Shown here piece by piece: positions 13,325-24,653 of a stretch of 64,000 nt of DNA. The notes beneath the pieces were generated by a model. That model made no database searches, was not told where the DNA came from, and saw only the letters and a program-made list of their open reading frames with translations. Origin of the DNA: Lama glama. Its lineage: Eukaryota. Made by a program: the position numbers and the translations under genes. The stretch spans positions 14,138,001 through 14,202,000 of the forward strand of contig CM052817.1 in NCBI GenBank assembly GCA_028534125.1, written 5' to 3'. The first letter of the stretch is position 1. Every line of letters starts with the position of its first letter.

Positions 13325-13555
13325 GAAACATGATTGGCGGGGTGTGGTGAATGCAAAGCCATTCCACCTACACCACCGTTGATAAAATATTGCTCGTGAA
13401 TGACTCAGGGCAACCCTCTAGGGAGAGGGCCTGCTTCCGATTGGCACGGGGGAACACTGGGCTTCTCTCAGACAGCTGAAGTGAGGGCCACGTCCGCCAT
13501 CAAAGGGCACTTCCTGTTAGTCCACAGACTTTCCCAAAGGGTATAAAAGACTTCT
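13325..13555. promoter_or_regulatory. Candidate enhancer/promoter: AP-1, CCAAT, E-box, TCF/LEF, ETS, NF-kB-like and TATA-like motif cluster
   Basis: TGACTCA 13401-13407, CAGCTG 13473-13478, CATCAAAGGG 13498-13507, CACTTCCTGT 13508-13517, GACTTTCCC 13527-13535 and TATAAAAG 13542-13549, in apparently non-repeat DNA. Motif evidence only. Confidence 0.4.
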
Positions 13556-14332
13556 TTTGACTGGTCCCTTCAGTGTCCACCCCTCACTTGGGGCTCGGCC
13601 TGGGTCTACTGTATTCACCCAGTTAGAGTTTCCTTTCTCCCAGCAGATTAGAGGGGGCTGAGGAGATCTTCTTAAAAAAAGTTAATCTCTGTTACTTCTC
13701 AAAAATAAAAAGTTGAAGGACTTCTCTTAAAAAAAAAAATACCCTTTATTACTTCTGTTGCGTCAACAGCAAGGCAACCAGACATTAGAGGCTTTTATGA
13801 TATTATGTCTTTCAGAAGAAATGAAATGAATTAGACTCCATGTGGTAAATATAAAAATTAAAAAAAAAGACTTATTTGATGTATGGGAAAACAAACATTT
13901 AGCTAAAAGAGGAGAGAAAGAGGACAAATAAAGAGAAAAGGAGAAAAACGTAGCTTGAGTCAGGACAGTCATAATTATAAACCACTGATTCAGTTGGGAG
14001 AGTAAATTATGCCTGTACATCTGAAAAAGTAGAAAGCTGTAAAATTACCAGTTAGCATGGCACCGACTATTCTGGATTAAAGCAGCACCTGCTAACATTA
14101 AGTGAAAGAGACAGGAGGAGGAAGAATGAAATACTATTTTTAACGGTAAACCAGATTCTAAACAGTATGCTGGGATTTTCCAAGATTGGTATGATTGTGT
14201 CCATTTTAGCACTGGGGAAAACTGAGTCTGGGGGAGATTAACCAGCTTGCCCAAGGTTATATAGATGGTATAAATTCCAAGCCCATTAAAGACCTACTGA
14301 ACTCTTACTCCATGCCAGGCTGTCTACAAGAT

Positions 14333-14535
14333 CAGGGGCTGGAAACTTCTGCTGTGAGGTGCCAGAGAACAAGTATGTCCACCTTAGCAAGCCATACTGT
14401 TTCTGTTGCAACGACTCAACTTTGCAGTTGTAGGGTCGGGGTTCCGTAGCCAATATGTCAAAGAAAGAGTGACTGGTGCCAATAAAACTTTATTTACAAA
14501 GGCAGGTGGCAGGCCAGATCTGACCTCGGGTTTAT
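14333..14535 (+). mobile_element. MER58A-like hAT-Charlie MITE
   Basis: caggggctggaaact...ctgttgcaacgactcaact...ccaataaaactttatttacaaaggcaggtggcaggccagat. Confidence 0.85.
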
Positions 14536-14607
14536 CAATGTACTGGAATGATGGGGACACGATGGTGAGAAAATCACCTCGCTAATATGTCATGGAGCCT
14601 CTCTAAT

Positions 14608-14608
14608 G

Positions 14609-14656
<48 letters not shown>

Positions 14657-14842
14657 GTATAGTCAGTTTACAATGTCGTGTCAATTTCTGGCGTACAGCA
14701 TAGTGCTTCAATCATGCATGAACATACACATATTTGCTTTCATATTCTTTTCCACCATAGGTGACTACAAGGCACTGAATATAGTTCCCTGTGCTATATA
14801 GTATGAGCCTGCTGTTAATCTATTTTACATACAATAGTTAGT
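14608..14842 (-). mobile_element. Young L1 3' end flanked by a 16-bp TSD
   Basis: Reverse L1 3' UTR at 14655-14842; ATGGAGCCTCTCTAAT is duplicated at 14592-14607 and 14843-14858. Confidence 0.92.
14612..14654. repeat. (TG)21 microsatellite in the L1 tail position
   Basis: Directly visible. Confidence 0.97.
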
Positions 14843-15706
14843 ATGGAGCCTCTCTAATTCTAAAGGTGCTGTTTTTGCTTTTATCTCCTTTGTTTAGACA
14901 CCCACCCCCACCCAAAAGGCAGTTCGGGGGCATTTTTAGTTAAAAAGGTTTAACTGAGCACATTAAATATTTGTGAGATCTACCCATCGGTGCCCTTGTT
15001 CTTCTTCATTCATACATCAGTGGGACCCCGTAGGTCATTCAGTTTATGGATTTTTCACTTCCTCTCGTCTCTTCCCATAGTTCCTCCACCCAAGTGCAAA
15101 CATCCTCCTAGCTGAGTTTCTATCAAACAGAGCCACATTATGGCTCCTGGAAGACACATTACGTTGGGTTTATTAGACTTCTCTTCAGGGGACAGCAATC
15201 TCAGAACACATCAGAATTTATGAGGTTGATGTATTTGATTAACTACACCAGCCCTGCAGCCCCAGGCCTGGATTATTGTTTCTCTGTCAACATTCTTCAA
15301 ATCTTGAATTTAGCATCCTTGTAATATAATTGCCCCTCTTTTCAATCAGCTTCTAAGTGAGGATAGGGACCCTTCAGGGATTGTTCTGATACCTCCTAGG
15401 TCCTGCTTTGGATACTCATTCCCTGTTCACATGTTAAGATAAAGAATACAATTAGAAATTAATACACCTTTTTTTGAAAATTATGTTTCAGTTCTGTACA
15501 ATCTTTTGTTTATCTATAATTTTCTTTCTTAGAAAGGGAGAGTAGTCAAGAGGGCTTTTTAAATAAAGTTTCTATTGTAATTATGACTTGTTATTTGTAT
15601 GGTACTTTAATTTCAGAAGTTTTTAAAATTACTTTCCAATTTCACAACTTCCCCTGAGGAAAAAAATGCAAATAATAACAATAATATGAAAGAAGACATG
15701 ATTGCG

Positions 15707-16206
15707 NNNNNNNNNNNNNNNNNNNNNNNNNNNNNNNNNNNNNNNNNNNNNNNNNNNNNNNNNNNNNNNNNNNNNNNNNNNNNNNNNNNNNNNNNNNNNN
15801 NNNNNNNNNNNNNNNNNNNNNNNNNNNNNNNNNNNNNNNNNNNNNNNNNNNNNNNNNNNNNNNNNNNNNNNNNNNNNNNNNNNNNNNNNNNNNNNNNNNN
15901 NNNNNNNNNNNNNNNNNNNNNNNNNNNNNNNNNNNNNNNNNNNNNNNNNNNNNNNNNNNNNNNNNNNNNNNNNNNNNNNNNNNNNNNNNNNNNNNNNNNN
16001 NNNNNNNNNNNNNNNNNNNNNNNNNNNNNNNNNNNNNNNNNNNNNNNNNNNNNNNNNNNNNNNNNNNNNNNNNNNNNNNNNNNNNNNNNNNNNNNNNNNN
16101 NNNNNNNNNNNNNNNNNNNNNNNNNNNNNNNNNNNNNNNNNNNNNNNNNNNNNNNNNNNNNNNNNNNNNNNNNNNNNNNNNNNNNNNNNNNNNNNNNNNN
16201 NNNNNN
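15707..16206. other. Assembly gap (500 N)
   Basis: Run of exactly 500 N. Confidence 0.99.
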
Positions 16207-16289
16207 TACGCTTTTGTTGAATGTCTCAGTGATTTCGTATATGTTATTTTTCTGTTCGGAATATGGTTCTCCAACCTGGCCACTGATGA

Positions 16290-16552
16290 CTTGACTGGCT
16301 CTTGGTCACACCTCAGTTCTTGGTTTCAACAACCCTTCTGCTGGGATATCCACTCTTAACCCCAAACAGTTGATCACACCCAACTTTGGCTCTGCTGTAT
16401 GTGGTCCCTGCCCTTGTAATGGCATCACACTGTTTCATAATTGTTTGCATGCCCTTCTTCTGAGCTAGAACACCCTGTAGTAAAGATTGTGTCTTGTTCA
16501 TCTCTCATCATCTCATGCAGTATCCTCTGCATAGCACAACAAATTTGCTGCC
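16290..16552 (+). mobile_element. L2 3' fragment
   Basis: atcacactgtttcataattgtttg...gattgtgtcttgttcatctct...aaatttgctg. Confidence 0.55.
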
Positions 16553-16641
16553 ATAATCTATACCACAGGGCAGGTCAGATGTGTGACAACTGTGATGATC
16601 AGAGTGGTACATTCCTAAAATTAATAAATAAGCTGAATTTA

Positions 16642-16642
<1 letters not shown>

Positions 16643-16674
<32 letters not shown>
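16643..16674. repeat. (TG)16 microsatellite
   Basis: Directly visible. Confidence 0.97.
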
Positions 16675-16676
<2 letters not shown>

Positions 16677-17487
16677 GAGGTGCATGTCTGCTTTTATTAT
16701 AAAGATACACAGACATGTAAAGCATGGCTCACCCTCAAGTACAATCACTTAAGGAAATTATATATAACTGATCCTCATTATATTATTTAAAATATATTTT
16801 CAAACATATTTGATCATCTGCTACTGATTCTACAATTGGTTGTAGCTTACTCATCCTTCTGATTTACAAATGTATATACTTTTCTAAATTGATAAGTTTA
16901 GGAGGAAGAAGGAAGAGTAAGAATCAATTAATATATAATACTTAGTCCATAGAAGGGATTTTACAATACTTCTTAATTGAATAAATTAAGAAAAAGATTC
17001 AGGGGGGGACTAAACACTGGATTTCAGCTCTTCCACCTCAAATTTCATGAAACCCATTACTAGGCGAGATATAACGTCTATGTTTATGTGCATTCCTACA
17101 AATGTTAAGTGTACTCTTGCGTCTACATATCTATTCATTTTCAATTATCTTTTCTTTTTGGCAGCTGCATTTAATATATTTATTTTCAGGAAGAAACAAC
17201 TTTAACAACTCTTAAGAGACTCATGATCAAGTCTCTCTTCTGTTGGTACTGCCAAAGAACTTTAAAAAATCCTTTATCACCCCTCATTAAATGGATGGGT
17301 AAGCTTATTTGGGCATTTATTTACTAACTTCTGCAGTTTCTTTAGTTTTCTAAATTCTGTGGTTTGAATCATGCCACTGTGTCAGCAAAATGACCTTGGA
17401 GTTGTATCTCCAAGTTAGATAAAGCCATAGAGATAACTGAAATTCATTCAGGTATTTTCAATATCTATAAGAATGTGTGATAGAAAT

Positions 17488-17595
17488 AGGAAAGACAAGG
17501 AAGGAAGGAAGGAAGGAAGGAAGGAAGGTGGAAGGAGGGAAGGGGAAGGGAAGGAGGGCGGTGGGGAGGAAGGGGGAGAGGGAGGGAGAAAGAAA
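17488..17595. repeat. (GGAA)n and G-rich polypurine tract
   Basis: Directly visible. Confidence 0.9.
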
Positions 17596-18504
17596 GTAAA
17601 ATGCAAGACACAAAATGAAAAGAAAGAAGAAACTGTAAAATCCAATCAAATAATTTACCTAATTAGAGGCTGAGAGCAGGTGGAGAAGTACATTATGTGA
17701 ACTAAGAAGTCAACCTCTTTTTAAACATTTTGAAGCCCATGACATCTGCAGCTCCAGTACCCTGCCAGCTGAGCTAAAATCACTGGATTCAACCACAGAG
17801 TAATTGGGAAGGCAATTGCTTGAGTAGACACTCATTGTCCAACCCTAAGAGAATTAGAATTAAATAGCAGTGACAGAAAATAACTCCAGAGAAGAGAAAT
17901 GATAATTGTCTCTTTGACTAGGAATATATTTTTCAATCTCAAAGAAGATACAAAATCAAGAGTAAAAGGATTTAAAATCAAGATTATAGTATTTAAAATT
18001 ATACAATTGATCTTTATGTCTAATAATTTTGCACATTTAGATAAATTTATCTCCTTGAAATGGTGAAAAGAATTTGGTCTATTGAAGTGATAGTCTTGTA
18101 TTATAACTTAAAATGTGAAATTAAGTAATTTACAAAAATACGTGCTTTTAGGTTGAAACTTTAGTAGACTTATTGCAATAGACGGAAACCTAAGTGCATT
18201 TTTTGTTGTTGTTGTTGTTCACTGATTACCAAGGTTTAGTTTTTTGGCTTCACAATAATTATTTAGTGCACAGAAAAGTGAGGGTGAGTCACTTATCTAA
18301 AAATGAAGTAAAATATATCACTTTTAAAATTATATAGCTTCTATTACTGCACATAATTGAGGCTAATGAAATAATATTATCTATCACTATGGTACAGAAG
18401 GGGAGTCTTTGCCTCAAGTCAGTTAACCTGCCCAGAACCTTAAGAGTGCTAAGTGCCTTTCTACTCTCCGTTATTTTAAATAACAACTACATTGATTGTA
18501 GCTG

Positions 18505-18765
18505 TTACTTATTGTTCTCATTCTGTGCTAGATAGTGGGCCAAGTGCTGTGTGTGTGTGTGTGTGTGTGTACACATACATATATAATATAAAAATATAAT
18601 ATATATAAATATAAATATATAATTTAATAAGACAGTTTTCTTACTCCCTTTACTTATAAATGAAGAAACAAGAGGGGAAAAAAAAGAGTTCAAGTAACGT
18701 GCTCAAGTTTACACATCAAATCATTCTGGGAACCAGAATTTTTACTCAAGAGTTGTGTGATTTCA
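18505..18765 (-). mobile_element. MIR SINE with an internal (TG)n/(TA)-rich expansion at 18548-18620
   Basis: ttataaatgaagaaacaagagg...aagtaacgtgctcaagtttacaca is the reverse MIR core. Confidence 0.65.
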
Positions 18766-19891
18766 GAGTAAAATGCAAAAACTTTGCAATCCAGCAATAA
18801 GCAGCCATACCACCTTTATCTTGTTTATCACAAAAATGTTTCTCTTCAAACATCAGGTACAAACGGAATTTAGCAAACCAAATTAAACTGAAGGTCTGTT
18901 TGTTATCAGACTCCTTTTCCAACAGTAAATAATGACGCTCTTTTATCTCTTATTTCGATGTAGATTTTCATACACTGGCTAGGTTTAAAGTAAACCTAAC
19001 CGTCACACGGAATACCTTTGAAAAATAGAAACTGGACGCTATTTTTGTCTCAAGAAATTAAGATGCATTTTGATATTCTTTCTGCTGCCCTAAATTTAGA
19101 CAAATTCATGCAGTTCCTTTGAAAGTCATTGTGGGACAAAGAGATTGGAAGATAAACTCAGAAAAGCAAAGAAGCTGAGTGGAAACAGCTTTCACTTTGA
19201 TCAATTATTTCAGAAGCCTCAAAGCGGTCAAATTACTTTACTCCAGATCTCCAATTGTGTCAGAACATTTCCAGTGCAAACAGATACTGTAATCCAGTTA
19301 GCTTAGCATAAGTGTTGTGCCTGTGGCATTCTCTGAATTTTAAAGGACACAAGAATGTTTCTGGGGACAGAATATTAAGTCTCCCTTGGTGGGCTTTTAG
19401 GTGGGCTGAACACTGGAAGGTAAATGTAGTTTTGATTGAAATGAGGAAAAACTATCTGCCTAGGGCTCAAAAGCTGAGAGACCAAGAGACCAGGCACATC
19501 ATAAACATGAACACCAACCCCTCCAAGGGACGACGCCACCTGGTTCGCTGCAGACACATTTGTCAGAAATAACGGATTTGTCGGGTCCTCATTTACTCTG
19601 TTGGTCTGTGCCGTGTTTAAAATGGCAGGCTGGAAGAGGCAAGCAATAAGGCTCAGAGGGTCAGTAAGCTTTCCTCGGATGCTAGAGGCTCTTCCCTAGA
19701 GGAAGTCAGTCAAAGGCAGTAAATGAGGCAAGTGAATTTTAGAACTGAGTTCTCATGGAGGGTCTTAACGCGATTCAGTCCCGTGCCCTACTCTGCCACG
19801 GGCCATGGACAAAAGCTTCCAGGGTATGATCAATACACTCTATTTATAATACTCCCTTTTAAAATGCTTACTTTACTGACTTGAAAAGCCA

Positions 19892-20027
19892 GTATGGCTT
19901 AATGGTAAAGCACATGCTTAGCATGCACAAGGTCCTGGGTTCAAGCCCCAGTACCTCCATTAAAAAAATTAATGAATTACCTAATTATCTCCCTCCTCAA
20001 ACAAACAAACAAAAAACAAAACAAAAA
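19892..20027 (+). mobile_element. Vic-1-type camelid tRNA-derived SINE
   Basis: tRNA-like head gtatggcttaatggtaaagcacatgcttagcatgcacaaggtcctgggttcaagccccagtacctcca with A/B boxes, then A-run, acctaattatctccc and a CAAA tail. TSD aaaagccagta (19884-19894) / aaaaaccagta (20023-20033). Confidence 0.88.
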
Positions 20028-20633
20028 CCAGTACAAATTTGTTTTCACTTGAAAACAAAGATGCTCACTTTCCCACCAAAAATGTAACAAATCTGTTTCT
20101 GTAAACAAAGATAGTTACCTAACCCCTGCCACCATCACCACCAAGTAACAATGGTGGGAAGGCAGTGGCTACGAGTGGGTGGAAGGTGAGTGAGTCTTCT
20201 CCCAGGCAGAGGAAGCTACCTCTCTGATGTCCTAGAAATGCTGCCCAGTCTGTTTCCTTTATCTTCCATTACCTCTTCTTTGGGCAACAAAATACATAGA
20301 AAAGAATGAGACATGCCTTACACATTAAAACCAGTACTTTGGGCAAGTTTGTGGGGGAATTAAAATCATGTATGAATAGCCAAAGAAAATATTCTTTGGA
20401 GGGTGGATTGGCCATGGTCATCCAGATGTGGGGACTTGGAGTGGGGATATCCCAAGATATAGCAACTTCATAACTGATTTCTAAATCATGGTATTTGATT
20501 GGGGAGTGCAGTAGAAATCTTGAGACTCCATATGTATGCCAAGCATGACACATTTAACATAGCTTTGAATATTGCTGGAGATAAGGGGAGTTTTCTTTTT
20601 CAGAAACAAATGATGAGAGCAGCAGTTAGCAAG

Positions 20634-21105
20634 TGTATTAGTTTTCCATTGCTGCTGTAACAAATTACCACAAACTCAGTGGCTTCAACCAACACAAATT
20701 TATTATCTTAAGATTCTATAGGTCAGGCCTAATTTGGGTTTCAGTGGACTGAAATAGAGGTGTCAACAGGGCTGAGTTCTTTTCTAGAGGAGAACCCCTT
20801 TCTTTCATTTTCTTTAGCTGCTGGCTGTATTCTTTGGCTTGCTCTCTGCCTTGACCTTTAAAGCCAGAAATGGCGGAGTGAGTTCTTCCCCCATCACTTT
20901 ACTCCAAACTTCTCCTCTGTCTTCCTCGTCTACTTTTTAGGACTCTTATCATAACATTGGGCCCCCACAGATATTCCAGGGAATTCTCCCTATTTTAAGG
21001 TCAGCTGATCAACAACCTCAATTATTTTTTGCCATGTAACATAATACATTCATAGGTTCCAGGGCTTAGAATGTGGACATTTGAAGGTGTCTTTAGTCGG
21101 CCACA
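20634..21105 (-). mobile_element. MLT1 (MLT1D-like) MaLR solo LTR
   Basis: tgtattagttttccattgctgctgtaacaaattaccacaaactcagtggctt...ggttccagggcttagaatgtggacat...ccaca. Confidence 0.88.
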
Positions 21106-21109
21106 GCAG

Positions 21110-21340
21110 CTGTGAGAAACATGATGTCTGGAGTCGTCTGGTCTAGATTCAATCCTGATGCCACCACATAACTAGGTGTGCAAAGGTGAGTTAATGAACA
21201 GCCTCTCCATGCCTCAGTTTCTTCATTTATAAAATGCAACTAACAGTGTCTATCTAAGACGGTTCTTGTAAGGATGAAATGAGCTCATTGATGAAATGTG
21301 CTTAGACCATTACAAAATAAGTGCTCCGTTAAATGTAACA
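21110..21340 (+). mobile_element. MIR SINE
   Basis: tctggagtc...gcctcagtttcttcatttataaaatg...gtaaggatgaaatgag...gtgcttaga. Confidence 0.85.
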
Positions 21341-22001
21341 CCTCTTATGTCCATTTACTTCTCCAAAAAATGGGCAGAATCATTACATATAGTGAATGTC
21401 TAAAGTCTTCAGATCTAGAATGGGGACTTGATCATAAGCATAGAGAAGAGACATTTATAGTGCTTTCTCGCACATCAACATTCTAAGCGTCCGTGGACAT
21501 AATTAGCAAAGACCTGATTTGTTCGCAGGACCCCTGAGCCATCCATTCACTCTGGGAATTCCTGTGCACAGAGGGCTTCACACAGACAGGCAGATTGCCT
21601 TGTGCAGCTCAGCTGGTTTTCTTAGTCCTTCTTCTCCATTGAGAAGCTGGCATCCAGCTGCCCCCAGGGTACTGTACAAGCAGCTGCCTGCCTGTCCTCT
21701 AAGGCATAAGAAGTCCTGTGCTGGTCCTGGATTTTTCAGAGTATCCCCACAGCAGAGCTGATAACAATGATCTCCACTGCCCTACAGGCATCCTCCTCAC
21801 ATGATAAACAGGCTTCTGAGAACTTGGAAGTGGAGTCGCTTTACACAGCTTTGCAAGGTGCTCAAAGCCATTTCCAGGTTCTAATTCAGGCTCCAAGTAG
21901 CCCACTCTGCCAGGCTTTTACATTTTGGGTTCGTTTCTCATAAGGAAATTATGTTTTTTTCCCACGGTGGTCTTCATTATGCACTTTCCCTGCTCTGCTC
22001 C

Positions 22002-22578
22002 TGTATCAGTTTTCTATTGTCGCCATTACAGATTACCCCAAACTTGGCAGCTTAAAGAGACCCTAATTTACTGTCTCACATTTTCCATAGGTCACAAGTC
22101 CAGGAGGCTCAGCTGAGTCTATTGACAATCTCACAATCAAGGTCAGTGAGGCTGCATGACTTTCTAGAGGCTCTAGAGGAAAATCCTTTTCCTTGCTCAT
22201 TCAGGCTGTTGCCTTGTGGTTCCTTATGGTTGTAGGACTGAGTTCCTGTTTTCTTGCTGGCTGAAAGCTGAGGGCCTTTCTCAGAGTCTAGAAACTGCCT
22301 TCATTCCTTGATATATGGCTACTTCTTCCAACTTCAAAGGCAGAAGTGGCAAGTTGAGCCCTTCCCATATCTCTCTGACTCTTCTGCCTTCCTCTTCCAC
22401 TTTTAAGCATTTGTGTGATTGCACTGGACCTGCCAGTATAATTCAGGACAATCTTTTTACATATCAAGGTCCATAACCTTACTCACATTTGCAAAGTCCT
22501 TTGAACATTAATGTAACATATTCACAAGATCTAGAGATTAAAGAATAGATATTGCTGGGGACCATTATTCAGTCAAGC
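22002..22578 (-). mobile_element. MLT1 (MLT1D/E-like) MaLR solo LTR
   Basis: tgtatcagtttctattg...attaccccaaacttggcagcttaaa...ggttgtaggactgagttcc...gggaccattattc. Confidence 0.85.
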
Positions 22579-23204
22579 ATTGCCCCCACTCACCCACCCA
22601 GAGCATTAGGTCTGCATATATCTCATCTTTTTGGTTCTAATTCTTTCCCACAGAGACTCAAGTTCTCAATGAAAACCACAGCATATGTCTTGGCATCTCT
22701 TTCCACATCCCTGAATAGTCTTTGACAGCTAAGTTATACCCCAAGAATGTAGCAATTGAAGTCAGTTCACTGCAGAGCACACAGACTGGGACTGGTGGTG
22801 CTTTCTGACAGCCAAAGCCTGGCCTCATCACTGACCTAGCCAAAGGCCATCTGTTTAATCCACATTAAGAAGTACACAAAGTACAGGGAGAAGTGATGAG
22901 AGATAAACTGGCTTTCCTGGGTGAATTAAAGAAAAGACTTCCACAAGATTACATTTAATTTGAGCTTTGAGATATGCAGGCAACTTAGCAGGATAAAGGG
23001 GGATGGGTAAGAGAAATCATTTTAATTAAATAAAAGAGAAATACATGGTTACGAAGGTTGAGAAAATATATTTTGGACAAAAACATACTTAAAAATGTGT
23101 GTGGGTGTTTACATTTAAATCAGGCACATCTATATTATCGATTGGTCAGCCCCAATAGGGTGAAATAAACAGAGGTGTAGCTCTTTGATTTTCCCCACAG
23201 AGTT

Positions 23205-23328
23205 ACAGGTAGCCGTCTCTCTGCACAGCACCAACACTGTATTGACTGAACCATTCATTTCGACCAATTCCTAATTTTGCACAAGTCTCAGTTAACATGG
23301 TTCTGTACAAAATAAAGAATATCTGTAC
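23205..23328. mobile_element. Possible TcMar-Tigger MITE
   Basis: TA-CAG...CTG-TA ends with degenerate inverted termini. Confidence 0.4.
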
Positions 23329-23384
23329 GTCTGTTTTTAATCAAAGATTAGAATAACAAGGAGAGGACAGATTTATTAATTCAG

Positions 23385-23630
23385 AGTTCCCTGAAGATAG
23401 GAAAATATGTTAATAGTAAATGAAACAGGACTAGATTTTAAAGTGATCTGGAAAAATTAGAGCAATATACACTCAAAGGGACAATGAGATTTCTTAACAA
23501 GATATCCTCAGGGTAAAATAGGGAAGGGGGAACATTATCTAATCAAAATATGGACACTGGCCAGTTAGGGATGGTAACTGTAGAAAAGTAATCAGTGAGT
23601 TATGCTGGCCTACAAACTGAAGCAAGGACG
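23385..23630 (+). mobile_element. CR1/L3 LINE reverse transcriptase remnant
   Basis: gatctggaaaaattagagcaa reads DLEKLEQ, and acaatgagattt reads TMRF, resembling the CR1 DLDRLEKW...MKFN region. Confidence 0.5.
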
Positions 23631-24241
23631 AGGAAGACATGCAGTGAGTGCCCTGATATGTGCCCAAACTGCACTCATCTGAGGAATCTTGTGGTCATGA
23701 TACCTAATACTTGAAAAATCTCTGTAATACAGATTTTATCATGCTTATTGTAAATATGAAGAGACGGAGAGTCAAAGGAGTTAGGTAAACATCTTGGTGG
23801 TCCTGGAGGTGGACTTTAAATCCAAAACTATCCAACCTGAAAGATTATCCCATGCTGACGAGTCCTCACGTCACGCCAAGAGTATTGGCATGCGTTGTAC
23901 GTAGTGTGCAGGAACCAGGCAGTACCTGTTACACCCTGCAGGTAAAAATATACTGAATAGATACTACCATGGCTAAACTATGGATTTCCTCTAGATTATA
24001 AAAACACCTGGACTGCAAACTGCTTTTTTGTTACAAGTTATGATGAGTCATACTCTTAGGGAAATTTGCAAGTTTTTGTAGAATGGAGTTCCTGTCTTAA
24101 CACTGCAGATACAAGGATAGTAAAAGGATGTGAGACAAAGATCGGTATAAGATGGCTGCATGAGGAGGGAAATGAATGTGAAAAATGTATTACATCCATT
24201 GGAGATTTTGTCTGAGAGAATGTAGCAATTTAAAAGCACAG

Positions 24242-24653
24242 TGTATCAGTAGATGGTTAGGGCTGCCGTAACAAAGCGCCACAAATTGAGTGGCTTCACC
24301 ACCAGAAGTTTATCTCCCCACAGTTCTGGAGGCTAGAAGTTCCAGGATCCAGGGAACAGTAGAATTAGTTCCTTCTGAGGACCATGAAGGAAGGATCTGT
24401 TCCAGATTTCTCCCTCCTTGGCACTAGAAGTCTGTCTTCTCCCTGAGTCTTCCCATCATCTTCCCTCTGGACACATCTGTGTCCAAATTTCCTTTTCTTA
24501 TAAGGACACCAGTGACACTATTCTAACAACCCTTTAATGACTTCCGTAAAGATCCTGTCTCCAAATGTGGTTCTACTCTGCAGTATGGGGGAGCGGGATT
24601 GGAACTTCAACATACGAAGTTTGGAGGGGAGAACACAATCCAGTCTATGACAC
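24242..24653 (-). mobile_element. MLT1B-like MaLR solo LTR
   Basis: agggctgccgtaacaaag...cacagttctggaggctagaag...ttcttataaggacaccagt...acacaatccagtctatgaca. Confidence 0.88.

Noticed and set aside
15642..16294. Long ORFs of 172-213 aa
   Set aside because: Artefacts of translating through the 500-N gap.
19892..19958. tRNA-like sequence
   Set aside because: It lacks the 5' acceptor stem and is followed by a SINE body, A-rich tail and TSD, so it is a SINE rather than a tRNA gene.
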